Assembly (NCBI RefSeq): GCF_009914755.1
Contig: NC_060938.1
Reading direction: 5' to 3' (one strand)
DNA length: 64,000 bases
Origin: the human T2T-CHM13v2.0 reference genome, Homo sapiens
Each line of letters opens with the position of its first letter. Position 1 is the first letter of the stretch. Shown piece by piece: positions 42,201-57,200 of the stretch. The translations under genes and the position numbers were made by a program. The notes under the pieces are model-generated. The model made no database searches and was not told the origin of the DNA. It was given only the letters and a program-made list of their open reading frames with translations.

Positions 42201-45200
42201 AGTGGAATGGAATCGAATGAGTGGAACGGAATGGAATGCAATGGAATGGAATGGAATGGAATGTAGTGGAGCAGAGTGGAATGGAATGGAATGGAATATA
42301 GAGTAGTGGAATGGAATGGAATGAAATGCAATGGAATGGAATGGAGTGGAATGGAATGGAATGAAATGGAATGGAGTGGAGAGGTATGGAGTGGAGGGGA
42401 GTGGATTGGAGTGGAGAGGAATGGAGTGGAATCTTGTTCAATGGAGTGGAATATAATGGAATCAAGTGGAGTGGAATGGATTGGAGTGGAGTGGAATGGA
42501 GTGGAGTGGAGAGGAATGGAATGGAGTGGAATGAAGTGGAGTGGAGTGGAATGGAGGGCAGTGGAATGGAATGGATAGGAGTGGAGTGGAGAGGACTGGA
42601 CTTGTGTGGAATGGAATGGAATGGAATGGAGTGGGATTGAGAGGAGTGGAGTGGAGTAGAATGGATTGCACTGGAATGGAATGGAATGGAATTCAGTTGA
42701 ATGGAATAGATTGGAATGGAACGGAGTTCAATGGAATGGAGAGTAATGAAGTGGAGTGGAGAGGAGTGGAATGGAATGGAGTGGAATGGAGTGGAGTGGA
42801 ATGGAGTGGAATGGAATAAAGTGGAATGGAGTGGATTGGAACGGAATGGAATGGAATGGATTCAAGTGGTGTGGGTGGAATGGAATGAAATGGAATGGAG
42901 TGGACAGAAGTGGAGTGGAATGCATTGGAATGGAGTGGCTTCGAATGGTGTCGGTGGAATGGAAGGAAATGAAATGGAGTGAAGTGGAATGGAGTGGAAT
43001 GCAATTGTTTGGAGTGGTGTGGAGATTAGTAGAGTGGAGTGAAATGTTGTGGAGTGGAGTGGAATGGAGTAAAATGGAATGGAATGAAGTGGAGTGGAAT
43101 GGAATGGAGTGGAATGTAACGGAGTGGATTGGAGAGGAATGGATTGGAGTGGAATCGACTGGAGTGGAATGGAAAGGATTGGAGTGGACAGGAATGGAAT
43201 GAAGTGGATTGGAGTGGAGTGGAAGAGAATGGAACGGAGTGCAGTGGAGTAGAATGGAATGGAGTGGAACGGAATGGAGTGGAAGAGAATGGAGTGGGGC
43301 AGAGTGGAGTGGACTCGAATGGAATGGAATGGAGTGGAATGGATTGGAACGAAATGGGAAGGAATGGATTGGAGTGGAATAGAATGGAGTGGGATGGAAT
43401 GAAGTGGAATGGAATGGAGAGGAGTGGAGTGGAATAGAATGGAGTGAAATACAGTAGAGTGGAATGGAATGGAATGTAGTGGAGAGGAATGGAATTGAAT
43501 GGAATGGAATTCAGAGGAATGAAGTGGAGTGGAGTGGAATGGAATGGAATGGAGTAGAATGGAATGGAATGAAATGGAATGGATTGGAGTGCAGGGGAGC
43601 AGAATGCAATGGAAAGGAGTGAAGTGGAATGGAATGGAATCTAATGGAAAGGAATGGAATGGAAAGGACTGGAGTTGAAAGGAATTGAGAGGAATGAAAT
43701 GGACTAGAATGTCATGGAATGGAATGGAATGTAGTGGATTTCAATGGAATGTAATAGAATAGAGTGGAATGTAGTTGTGTGGAGTGCAGTGGAATGGAAA
43801 GTTGTGGATTGGGGTGGAGGGGAATGGTGTGGAAAGAATGGAGTGCAGTGGAGTGGAATGGAGAGTAGTGGAGTGGAATGGAAAGGAATAGAATCGAAAC
43901 GAATTGAATGGAATGGAATGCAGAAGACAGGAGTGGAGTGGAATTGATTGGAGTGGAATGTAGCGGAGTGGAGTGGATTGGAATGGAATGCAAAGGAATG
44001 GAATGGAAACGAGTACAATGGAATGGAAAGGAACGGAATGAAGTGGGGTGGAGTGGAATGGAATGGAGTGGAATGCAGTTGAGTAAAGTGGATTGGAATG
44101 GAATGTAGTGGAATGGAATGGAATGGAGTAGCATAGAATGAAATGGAATGGAGTGGGGTAGAGTGGAGTGGAATTGACTGGAGTGGTATAGAATGCAATG
44201 GAATGGAGAGGAGGGCAGTGGAGTGGAGTGGGGTCGAGTGGAATAGAATGGAATGGAGACGAATTGAATGGATTGACTTGAATGGAGTGGAATAAAGTCC
44301 AGTGGAATGGAAAGGAGAGGAATGGGAAGGAGTGGAATGGATTGGAGAGGAGTGGAGTACATTGGAATGGAGTGGAATGGAGTGAAGTGCAATGGAATGG
44401 AATGGAATGAGTGGAGTGGAATGGAATGGAGTGGAACGGAGTGGAGGGGAATGGAATGGAGTGGAAAGGAATGGAGTGGAATGGATTGGAGTGGAGTGGA
44501 GTCGAATGGAATGGAGTGAAATGGAGTGGAGCGTAATTGAATGGAAAGGTGTGGAGTTGAGTGGAATGGAATGGACTGGAATGCAATGGAGTGGAATGGA
44601 TTGAAGTGGAATGGAATGGAGTGGAGTGGAGAGGAATGGAATGGAGTGGAATGCAGTGGAGTGGAGTGGAATGGAGTGGAGTGCAATGGAATGGAGTGAT
44701 ATGGAATGGAGTGGAATGGAATGGCATCGAATGGAATGAAATAGAAGGGAATGGAATGGAATGGAACGGAATGGAGTGGAATGGAACGGAATGGAGTGGA
44801 GCGGAATGGAATGGAATGGAATGCAATGGAATGGAGTGGAGTGGAATGGAATGGAATGCAAAGGAATGGACTGGAACGGAGTGGAGTGGAGCGGAATGTA
44901 ATGGAGACGATTGGGGTAGAAAGGAACGGAATGGAATGGAGTGGAGTGGAATGGAGTTGAGTGGATTGCAATGGAAAGGAATGGAATGGAGTGATATGGA
45001 ATGGTGAGGAAGGGAGTGGATTGGAAAGGAATGGAGAGCAATGAATTGGAGTGGAGTGGATTGGAATGGAATGTAGAGGAACTGAACGGAAAGGAGTGGA
45101 TTGAAATGGAATGGAATGGAACAGAATGGAAAGGAACATAAAGAAATGGAATGGAATGCAATGGAGTGGGGTGGAGGTTAATGGAATAGAGTGGAGAGGA

Positions 45201-48200
45201 ATAGAATGGAATGTAAAAGAATATCGCAGAGTAGAGTGGAGTGAGGACGACTGGATGGTAATTGAAAGGAATGGAATGGAACGGAGTTGAATGGAATGGA
45301 GAGGAATGCAATGGAATGGAGTGGAATGAAATGGAGTGCAGTGGAGTGGAGTTGAATAGAATGTACTGGAATGGCATGGAATGGAATGGAATGGAGTGGA
45401 GTGGAATGGAGTGGAGGGGAGACAAACGGAATGGAATGGAATGGAGGGGAGGGGAGTGAAGTGGAATGTAAACCAGTGGAATGTAGTGGAGTGAAGTGGA
45501 TTGGAATGGAATATAGTGGAATTGAATGGAATGGAGTGGAATGCAATTTACCGAAATGGAAAGGAACGGAATGGAGTAAAGTTGAGTGGAATGGAATTGA
45601 GTGGAGTGGTATGGAATGGAATGGAATGGAATGGAATGGAATGGAATGGAATGGAGTGAAGTGGGTTCGACTGGAATGGAATTGAACGGAATGGAATGGA
45701 ATTTAATGGAATGGAATGGAATGGAATGGAAATGAATACAATGCGATGGGGGGGAGTGGAATGAATGGAACGGAAAGGATTGGAATGGAATGAAGTGCAA
45801 TGTAATGGCATGAAATAGAATGGAATGGAATGGAGTGGAATGGAGTGGAGTAGAATGGAATGGAGCGGAATGGATTGAAGTGGAGTGGAATGCAATGGAG
45901 TGGAATAGAGTGGAGAGAAACGGAACGGAATGGATTCCTGTGGAAAGAATGAATTGGAATGCATTGGAGTGGATTGGAGAGGAATGGAGTGGAGGGCAAT
46001 GGAAAGGAGAGGAATGGAACAGAGTGGAATGGAGTTGAGTGGAGTGGGATAGATTGGAGTGTAATGGAGTTTAGTGGAGAGGAATGGAATAGAGTGGAAT
46101 GGAGTTGAATAGATTGGAATGGAATGGAATGCAATCGAATGGATTGGAATGGAATGGAATGGAATGGAAATGAGTGGAGTGGAGTGAAATGGAATGCAGT
46201 TCAATGGAGGGGAGAGAAATGGAAAGGAATGGAATGGAATGAGGCGGTGTGAAATGAAATGCAGTGGAATTGAATAGAGTGGAATGGAATGGATTGGAGG
46301 GGATTGGAATGGAATGGAGTTGAATGGAATATAGTGTAATGGAATGGAGTGGAATAGAGTGGAATGTAATATAACGGTGTGTAGTGGAATGGAATGCAAT
46401 GGAATGAAATGGAATGAAATAAAAAGGAATGGAACTAAGTGTAGTGGAGTGGAATGTAATTGAGTGGAGTGGAATGGAATAAATTGGAATGGAATGCATT
46501 GGAGTGGAGTGGAGGTGAGTGGAAGGGAATGGATCGGAATGGAACGGACGGGAATGGATTGGAATGGAATGGAGGGGAATGGAATGGCATGGAATGGATT
46601 TGAATGTAATGGAGGGGAAAGAAATTGAGTGGAATTGAGTGGAGTGGAGTGAAGTGGAGTGTAGAGGAGTCGAGTGGATGGGACTGGAATGGAATGGAGT
46701 GGAAAGGTGTGGAGTGGAAAGGAATGGAATGGAATGGAGTCGTGTGGAATTGAGTGGAAAGGAATGGCATGGAATGCAATGGAGAGGAGTGGTGCAGTGT
46801 TGAATGGAATGGAGGGGACAGGAATGGAATGAAATGGAATTGAATTCAATGGAATGGAATGGAATGGAGAGGCTGGGAGTTTACTGGAATGGAATGGAGT
46901 TGAATGGAATGGAATGGAATTGAGTGGAGTGGAATGGAATGGAATAGATTGGAATTTAATGGATTGGACGGGAGTGGAATGGATTTGAGTGGAGTGAAGT
47001 GGAATTGACTGGAATGGAATGGAGCGGAAAGCAGTGGAGTGGAGTGGAATGGAGTGGAGTGAAGTTGAATGAAAGAATGGAATGGAATGGAGTGGAGTGG
47101 AATGGAATGGAACGGAATGGTGTGGAGTGTAATGGAATAGAATGGAATGCAGTGGAATTGAAAGGAATGGAATGGAATGGAATGGAATGCAGTGAAATGA
47201 AGTAGAGTGGAGTGGAGTGGAATGGAATGGAGAGCAGTGAAGTGGAATTTAATAGAAAGCAATGGAATGGAATGGAATGGAATGGAATGGAATGGAATGG
47301 AATGGAAGGGAGTGGAATGGAGTGGAATGGAATGGAATGGTGTGAAATGAAAAGGAATGGAATGGAATAGAATGGATTGGGAAAGAATGGAATGGAGTGC
47401 ACTGGCATGGAATGGAGTGGAATGGAGTGGAGTGGAGAGGAGTGGAACGGAGTGGAATAGACTGGAATGGAGTGGAATGGAATGGAATGAGTGGAACGGA
47501 ATGGAATGCAATGGAATGGAATGGAATGGAATGTAGTGGAGCAGAGGGGAATGGAACGGAATGTAGAGGATGGGAATGGAATGGAATGTAATGCAATGGA
47601 TTGGAATGGAGTTGAATGGAATGGAATGAAATGGAATGGAGTGGAGAGGTATGGACTGGAGGGGAGTAGATTGAAGTGGAGAGGAATGGAGTGGAATTGT
47701 GTGGAATGGAGTGGAATATAATGGAATCGATTGGAGTGGTATGGAAAGGGGTGGAGTGGAATGGAATGGAGTGGAGTGGAATGTAATGGACTGGAATAAA
47801 ATGGAGAGAAATGGAGTGGAGCAGAATGGAATGGAATGGAGTGAAATGGCATGGAGTGGAATAGAGTGGAGTTGAATGGAATTGAATGGAATTGAGTGGA
47901 GTTGAGAGGAGTGGAGTGGAGTGGAATGGACTGCACTGGAATGAAATGGAATGGAATTCAGTTGAATGGAATAGAATGGAATGGAATGGAGAGGAATGGA
48001 AGGGAGAGTAATGAAGTGGATTGGAGAGGAGTGGAATGGAATGGAGTGGAATGGATTGGAGTGCAATGTAGTGGAATAGAATAGGGTGGAAAAGAGTGGA
48101 TTGGAATGGAATGGTGTGGATTCGAGTGGTATGGGTGGAATGGAATGAAATGGAATGTAGTGGAGTGGATTGGAGTGGAGTGGAATGGAATGGAGTGGAT

Positions 48201-51200
48201 TCTAATGGAGTGGGTGGAATGGAATGAAATGAAATGGTGTGGAGTGGAGTGGAATGCAATTGTTTGGAGTGGTGTGGAGAGGAGTAGAGTGGAGTGAAGT
48301 TTTGTGGAGTGGAGTGGAATGGAGTAAAATGGAATGGAGGGGAGTGGAATGGAATGGAGTGGAATAGAACGGAGTGTAATGGAGAGGAGAGGAATGGAAT
48401 GGAGTGGAAAGGAGTGGAATGGAATGAAATGGACAGTAATAGAATGAAATGGAAAGCTATGTGATGAAATGGAATGGAGTGTATTTGAATGGAAGGGAAT
48501 GAATTGGAATGGAGTGGCGGAGAGTGGAGTAGTATAGAGGGGAGTCGAAAGGAATGGAATGGAATGGAATGGAATGGAATGGAATGGAGTGTAATGGATT
48601 GAAGTGGAATGGAATTTAATGGAAAGGAGTGGAGGAGAATGGAATGGAATGGAATGGAATGGAATGGAATGGAAAGGAATGGTGGGGAGTGGAATGGAAT
48701 TGAAGGGAATAAAATGTAATGGAGCGGAGTGGAATTGAGTGAAGTGGAATGGAATGGAGTGTAAATGAGTGGAATAGAATGGAATGGAATGGAGTGGAGT
48801 GGAGAGAAAGGAGTAGAGTGCAGTGGAATTGAGTGGAGTAGAATGGAGTCGAATGGAGTGGAATGGAGTGAAATTGAATGGAATCGATTGTAGTGGAATG
48901 GAGTGGAGTAGAATGGAAGGGAGGGGAGTGGAATGAAGTGGACTGGAATGGAACGGAATGTAAAGAAATGGACTGGAATAGAACGAAATGTAAAGAAATG
49001 AAGTGAAGTGGAATGGATAGGAGGGGAGTGGAGTGGAATGGTATGCAGTGGAAAGCAGTTGAGGGGAGTGGATTGGGATGGAATATAGTGGAAGGGAATG
49101 GAATGGAGTGGAATGGAATGGAATGGAGTGGAAAGGAATGGAATGGAAGGGACTGGAATGGAATGAAATCGAATGGAATGGAATGGAGAGGTTTGGAGTG
49201 GAACGGAATTGAGTGGAGTGGAATAGAATGGAATGGAATGGAATGGAATCGAGCAGAGTGGAGTGGGGTCGACTGGAATGGAATGGAACGGAGTGGAGTG
49301 GAATGGAATTGAATTTAATGGAAAGGAATGGAATGGAATGGAATGGAATGGCATGGAATTTAATGGAGTGGAATGGAATGGAATGCAGTGGAGTGGATTG
49401 GAATGGAATGGAGTGGAATGGAATGGAGTGCATTGGAATGGAATGGAATTGACTGGAATTGAGTGGAGGGGAATGGAGTGCAATGGAGTGAGGTGGAAAG
49501 GAATGGAATTCAATGCAATGGAATGGAATGGTATGGAACGGAATGGAAAGGAACAGGATAGAATGGAAGGGAGTGGTGTGGAGTGGAATGGAATTGAGTG
49601 GAGTGGAATGGAATGGAATGGAATGGAATGGAATGGAGTGGAGTGGAATGGAATGGAATGGAATGGAATGGAATGGAATGGAATGGAGTGGAGTGGAATG
49701 GAGTGGAGTGAAGTGGAGTGGAATGGAATGGAATGGAATGGATTGGAATGGAAAGGAGTGGAGTGGAGAGGAATGGAATGGGGTGAAATGGAGTGGAGTG
49801 GAAAGGAACGGAGTGGAGTGCATTGCAATGAAATGGAGTGGAATGGAGTGTAGTGGAACGGAATGGAACGGTGTGGAATGCAGTGGAATGGAATGGAGTA
49901 GAATTGTACAGAGTGGAGTGCAGTGCAATGGATTGGAATGGAAAGGAATGGAGTGAAAGGAATTGGAATGAAATGGAAAAGAATGGATTGGAGATGAATG
50001 GAATGGAGTGGGACGGAATGGAGTGGAAAGGAATGGAATTGAGTGGAGTGGAATAGAATGGAGTGAAATGAGGTAGAGTGGAATGGAATGGAATGGAATG
50101 GAGTGGAGTGGAATGGAATGGAATTGAATGGAATGAAGTGGAGTGGAATGGAATGGAAAGGATTGGAATGGAATGGAATGGAATGGAACGGAGAAGAGTG
50201 GAGTGGAGTGGAATGCAAGGAAAGGGTGTGAAGTGGAATGGAATGGAATGCAATGGAAGGGAATGGAATAGAATGGAGTGGATTTGAATGGAGTCGAGAG
50301 GAATGAAATGGATTGGAATGTAATGGAATGGAATGGAGAGGATTTCAAAGGAATGGAATGGAGTGGATTTCAATGGAATGTAATGGAATGTAGTGGAATG
50401 GAGTGGACTGGAGTGCAGTGGAATGGAATATTGTGGAGTGGAGTGGAGGGGAATGGAGTGGAAAGGAATGGAGTGGAATGGAGTGGAATGGATTGGATTG
50501 GAGTGGAATGGAAAGGAATAGAATGGAAACGAATGGAATGGAATGGAATGCAGAAGAGAGAAATGGAGTGGAATGGATTGGAGTGGAATGTAGTGGAGTG
50601 GTGTGGATTGGAATGGAATGTAGTGGATTGGAATGGAAACGAGTGGAAACGAATGGAATGAAATGGAAAGGAATGGAGTGGGGTGGAGTGGAATGGATTT
50701 GAGTGGAATGTAGTTGAGTGGAGTGGATAGGAGTGGAATGTAATTGAGTGGAGGGGATAGGAATGGAATGCCGTGGAATGGAATGGAATGGAGTGGCATA
50801 GAATGAAATGTAATGGAATGGAATGGAGAGGGTTGGAATGGATTGGAACTGAGTGGAGTGGTATAGAATGGAAAGGAATGCAGTGGAGGGCATTGGAGTG
50901 GAGTGGGGTCGAGTGAAATAGAATGGAATGGAGAGAAATTGAATGGATTTGACTGGAATGGAGTGGAATAAGGTGGAGTGGAATGGAATGGAGAGTAATA
51001 GAAAGGAGTGTAATGGATTGGATTGGAGTGGAGGTGAATGGAAAGGAGTGGAATGTAGTGGAGCGGAATGGAGTGGAATGGAATGGAATGGAGTGGAGTG
51101 AAATGGAATGGATTGGAAAGGAGTGGAGTGGAAAGGAATGGAGTGGAATGGAATGGAATGGATTGGAGTGGAGTGGAGTATAATGGATTGGAGTGGAATG

Positions 51201-54200
51201 GAGTGGAGCGTAATGGGATGGAAAGGTATGGAGTGGAGTGGAATGGAATGGAATGGAATGGAATGTAACGGAGTGGAATGGAATGGAATGGAATGTAACG
51301 GAGTGGAATGGAAAGGAGTGGAGTGGAGTGGAATAGAATAAAGTGGAATGGAGTGGAGTGGAGTGGAATGGAGTGGTATGGAATGGAGTGGAATGGAATG
51401 GCATGAATGGAATGGAATGGGATAGAATGGAAGGGAAAAGAATGGAATGGAATGGTATGGAATGGAGCGGAGTGGAATGGAACAGAATGCAATGGAAAGT
51501 ACTAGAATGGAGTGGAGTTTAGTGGAATGGAATGGAGTCAAGTGGAGTGGAAGGGAACGAATTGGAATGGAGTACAGTGGAATGGACTTGACTGGAGTGG
51601 AATGGAACATAATGGAATGTAATGATATGGAATGGTGAGGAAGGGATTGAATTGGAATGGAATGGAGTGCAATGTAGTGGAGTGGAGTTGATTGGAGTGG
51701 AATGTAGAACAACAGAATGGAAAGGAGTGGATTACAAAGGAATTGAATGGAATGGAATGGCATTTAAAGAAATGGAATGGAATGCAATGGAGTGGGGTGG
51801 AGGGGAATGGAATTGAGTCGAGTGGAGTAGAATGGAATGGAATGGAATAGAATATAGTGGAGTGGAGTGGATTGAGGTCGACTGGATAGTAAATGAAAGG
51901 AATGGAATGGAATGGAACGGAGTGGAATGGAGTGGAGTGGAATGCAATGGAATGTTGTAGAATGGAATGGAGTGGAGTGGAGTGGAGTGGAGTTGAATGG
52001 AAAGTAGTGGAATTGCATGGAATGGAATGGAATGGAGTGGAGTGGAATGCAGTGGAGTAGAGAGAAACAGAATGGAATGGAAAGGAGTGGAATGTATTGG
52101 AGTGAAGTGGATTGAAAAGGAATGTAGAGAAGTTGAATGGAATATGGTGGAATGCAATTGAAAGAAATGGAATGGAAAGGAATGAAAAGGAATGGAATGG
52201 AATTGATTGAAGTGGAGTGGAATGGAATTGAGTGGAGTGGAATGGAATGGAATGGAATGGAGTGTAGTGGAGTGGAGTGGGGTCGAGTGGAATTGAATTG
52301 AAAGTAATGGAATGTAATATAATGGAATGGAATGGAATGAATTAGAAAGGAATGGAATAGAATGCGATGGAGGGGAGTGGAATGGAATGGATCGGAAAGG
52401 ATTGGAATGGAATGGAGTGGAATCGAATGGCATGGTATAGATTGGAATGGAATGGAGTGGAATGGAGTGGGGTGGAATGGAATGGAGTGGAATGGACTGG
52501 AGTGGAGTGGAATGCAATGGAGTGGAATGGAGTGGAGTGGAACAGAATGGAATTGATCCCTGTGGAAAGAAAGTAATGGAATGTATTGTAGTGGAATGGA
52601 GAGGAATGGAGTGGAGTGCAATGGAATGGAGAGAAATGGAATGGAGTGGAATGGAGTTAAGTGGAGTGCAATGGAATGGAGTGGAACGGAGTTGAATGGA
52701 GTGGAATGGAAAGAAATGGAATAGAATGGAATGAAGTGGAGTGGTGTTGGGTCGAGTGGAAAGGAATGGAATGGAATGGAATGGATAGTAACGGAATGGA
52801 ATGGAATGGAAATGAGGGGAGTGGAGTGAAATGGAAGGCAGTGGAATGGAGTGGAGATAAATGGAGTGGAATGGAATGAGGAGGTGTTGAACGAACTGGA
52901 TTGGGATTGAATAGAGTAGAAAGGAATGGATTGGAGTGGACTGGAATGCAATGGAGTGGAATGGAATAGAGTGGAATGGCATGGAATGGAATAGAGTGGA
53001 ATGTAATGGAACGGAGTGTAGTGGAATGGAGCAGAAAGGAATGAAAGAGAATCAAACAGAAAGGAATGTAACTAAGTGGAGTGGAGTGGAATGGAATTTA
53101 GTGGAGTAGAATGGAATAAAATGGATTGGAATGCAATGGCGTGAAGTGGAGTTGTGTGGAGTGGAAGGTAATAGACCAGAATGGATCGGAATGGAATAGA
53201 GTGGAATGGAATGTAGTGTAATGGAATGGCATGGAACAGATTGGAATGGAATCGAGTGGAATAGAATTGAGTGGAATGAAGTGGAGTGCAGTGGAATGGA
53301 GAGAGTTCGAGTGGATGGGAATGGAATGGAATGGAGGGAAAAGGAATGGAGTGGAGTGGAATGGAATGGAATGGAGAGGAGTGGTGTGGTGTGAAATGGA
53401 ATGGAATGAAGTGGAATGGAATGAAATTGAATGGAATTCAATGGAATGGAATGGAATGGAGAGGATGGGAGTTTAGTGGAATGGAATGGAGTGGAATGAG
53501 TGGAGTGGAATGGAATGGAATGGAATTGAGTGGAGTGGAACTGAATGGATTTGATTGGAATGGAACGGAACGGACGGGAGTGGAATGGATTTGAGTGGTG
53601 TGAAGTGGAAATGAATGGTATGGAATGGAGCAGAATGTAGTGGAGTGGAGTGGAATGGAATAGAGTGGAAAAAAGTTGAATGGAACAGAAAGGAATGGAA
53701 TGGAATGGAATTGAGTGGAGCGCAATGGAATGGAGTGGAATGGAATGGAATGGAATGGAATGGAATGGAATGGTGTGGAGTGGAATGGAATGCAATGGAA
53801 TGCAGTGGAATGGAATGGAATGGAATGGATTGGAGTGAAATGGAATGGAGTGGAGTGGAACAGAATGGAGGGCAGTGAAGTGGAAATTAAAGGAATGGAA
53901 TGGAATGGAAAGGAATGGAATGGAATGGAGTGGAGTTGAATGGAATGGAGTGGTGTGAAATGAAAAGGAATGGAATGGAATGGAATGGAATGGAATGGAA
54001 TGGAGTGGAATGCAGTGGAGTGGAGTGGAGTGGACAGGAATGGAGTGGAATAGAGTGGTATGTAAAAGAATGGATTGGAATAGAGTGGAACAGAATGGAA
54101 TGGAATGGAAGGGAATGGAATATAGTGGAACGTAATGGAATCAAATGGAATGTAGTGGAGTAGAGTAGAATGGAATGGAATTTAGAAGAGTGGCATGGAA

Positions 54201-57200
54201 TGGAAAGGAATGCAATGGAATGGAAACAAGTGGAATGGGATGGAATGAAATGGAATGGAGTGGAGATGTATGGAGTGGACGGGAGAGGATTGGAGTGGAG
54301 AGGAATGGAGTGGAATCGTGTGGAAAGAAGTGGAATAGAATGGAATCGATTGGAGTGGCATGGAATGCAATTTAGTGGAATGGAATAGAGTGGAGTGGAT
54401 TGTAATGGACAGGAAAGGAATGGAGAGAAATGCAGTGGAGTGTAATGGAATGGAATGGAGTGAAATGGCATGGAGTGGAATTGAGGGGAGTTTAATGGAA
54501 TGGAATGGAGTGGAGTTGAAAGGAGTGGAGTGTAGTGGAATCGATTGCACTGGAATGGAATGGAATCGAATTCAGTTGAATGGAATGGAATGAAATGGAA
54601 TGGAATGGAATGGAATAGAGAGGAATGAAATGGAGAGGAGAGGAGTGGAATGGAATGGAGTGGAATGGATTTGAGTGGAATGTAGTGGAATGGAATGGAG
54701 GGGAATGGAGTGGATTGGAATGGATTGGAATGGACTGAATGCAAGGGGCATGGGTGGAATGGAATGAAATGGAATGGAGTGGAGTGGAATGGAATGGAAT
54801 GGAGTGTAATCACGTGTCGTGGGTGGAATGCAATGAAATGGAATGGAGTGGAGTGGGGTGCAGTGGAATGCAATGGAGCGGAGTGGTGTGAAGTGGACTG
54901 GAGTGGAGTGAAGTGTGGTGGAGTGGAGTGGAATGGATTAAAATGGAATGGAATGATGTGGAGTGGGATGGAATGGAGTGGAATGAAATGGAATGGAATG
55001 GAGTGGAATGGAATGGACAGGAATAGAATGGAGTGGAATGTTATGTGATGGAATGGAATGGAGTGTATTTGAATGGAAGGGAATGGAATGCAATGGAGTG
55101 GCAGTGTGTGGAGTGGTGTATAGGGGAGTGGAATGGAATGGAATGGATTGGAGTGGAATGGAATAGAGTGTAATGGAATTAAGTGGAATGGAATGGAATG
55201 AAAAGGAGAGGAGGGGAATGGAATGGAATGGAAAGGAATGGTGGGGAATGGAATGGATTTGAAAGGAACAAAATGTAATGGAGAGGAGTGGAATCGAGTG
55301 AAGTGGAATGGAATGTGTGTAATGGAGTGGAAAAGAATGTAATGGAAAGGAGTGGAGTGGAGACAATGGAGTGGACTGGAGTGGAATGGAGTTGAGTGGA
55401 ATGGACAGCAATCAAGTGGAATGGAATGGAGAGGAATCGAGTGGAATGGAGTGGAATTGAATGGAATCGATTGGAGTGGAATGGAATGGAGTGGAGTTGA
55501 ATGGAATGGAGGGGAGTGGAATGGAATGGACTGGAATGGAACGGAACATAAAGAAATGGATTGGAGTGGAATGGAATGGAATGGAGTGGAATGGAGTGCA
55601 GTGGAATGGAGTGGAAAGGAGTGGAGTGGAATGGACAGCAGGGGAGTGGGGTGGAATCGTATGCAGTGGAAAGTAGTTGAGTGGAGTTGATTGGAATGGA
55701 ATGTAGTGGAATGTGATGGAATGGAGTGGAATGGAATGGAAGGGACTGGAATCTAATGCAATGGAATGGAATGGAATGGAGAGGTGTGGAGTGGAATGGA
55801 ATTGAGTGGACTGGACGAGAATGGAATGGAATGGAATTGATTGTAGTGGAGTGGGGTCTACTGGAATGGAATGGAGTGGAGTAGAATGTAATTGAATTCA
55901 ATGGAAAGGAAAGGAATGGAATGGAATGGAATGGAATGGAATGGAATGGAATGGAATGCAAAGGAATGGAATGGAATGAAGTGGAGTGGATTGTAATGGA
56001 ATGCACTGGAGTGGATTGGAATGGAATGGAGTGGAATGGAATGGAATGGGACGGAATGGAATGGATAAGAATAGAGTGGAGTGGAATGGAAAGGAATGGA
56101 GTGGAGTGAAATGTAATGGAATTCAATTGATAGGAATAGAATGGTATTGAACGGAATGGAAAGGAACGGAATGGAGTGGTGTGGAGTGGAATGGAATTGA
56201 GTGGAGTGGAGTGGAATGGAATGGAATGGAATGGAATGGAGTGGAGTGGAGTGGAGTGAAGTGGAGTGGAATGGAATGCAGTGGAAGGGAATAGAGTGGA
56301 ATGGAACTGAGTGGAGTGGAGAGGAATGGAATGGATTGGAGTACAGTGGAATGGAACGGAGTGGAGTGGAGGGGAATAGAATGGAGTGGAATGGAGTGGA
56401 GTGGAACAAAATGGAACAGTGTGGAGTGGAGTGGATTGGAAAGAAGTGGAATGGAATGGAGTGGAATTGTATGGAGTGGAGTGCAGTGGAGTGGAATGGA
56501 TTAGAATCAAATGGAAAGGAATGGATTGGAATAGAATGGAATGGAGTGGGAAGGTATGGAGTGGAATGGAATGGAGTGGAGTGGAGTGGAATAAAATGGA
56601 GTGAAATGCAGTAGAGCGGAATGGAATGGTTTGGAGTGGAGTAGAATGGAATTGAATGGAATGGAATTCAATGGAATGAAGTGGAGTGCATTGGAATGGA
56701 ATGGAATGGAATGGAAGGGAATGAAATGGAGTGGAGTGGAATGGAGTGGAATGCAATGAAAGGCAGTGAAGTGTAATGGAATGGAATGAAATGGAACGGA
56801 ATTGAATGGAATGGAGTGGAGTTGAATGGAGTCGAGAGCAATGAAATGGACTGGAATGAAATGGAAAGGGATAGAATGGAATGGAATGGAGTGGATTTCA
56901 ATGGAATGTAATGGAATGGAGTGGAGAGGAGTGGAGAGGAGTGCAGTGGAATGGAATGATGTCTATTGGAGTGGAGGGGAATGGAGTGGATAGGAATGGA
57001 GTGGAGTGGAGTGGAATGGAGTGGAGTGGAATGGAAAAGAATACATTGGATACGAATGGAATAGAATGGAATGCAGAAGATAGGAGTGGAGTGGAATGGA
57101 TCGGAGTGGAATAAAGTGGAGTGCAGTGGATTGGAATGGAATGTAGTGGAATGGAATGGAAAAGAGAGGAATGGAATGGAATGGAATGGAAAGGAATGGA

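Noticed and set aside
47249-50218. 989-aa minus-strand ORF and the many other long H/S/I/P/F-rich ORFs
   Set aside because: (CATTC)n/(CACTC)n has no stop codon in any frame, so long ORFs are expected. They overlap in all three frames with the same 5-aa period, and there is no domain or gene structure.
54811-54816. Perfect E-box CACGTG
   Set aside because: Single occurrence. Paralogous positions (~37251, 42941, 48201) lack it, so it is a chance product of local mutation.
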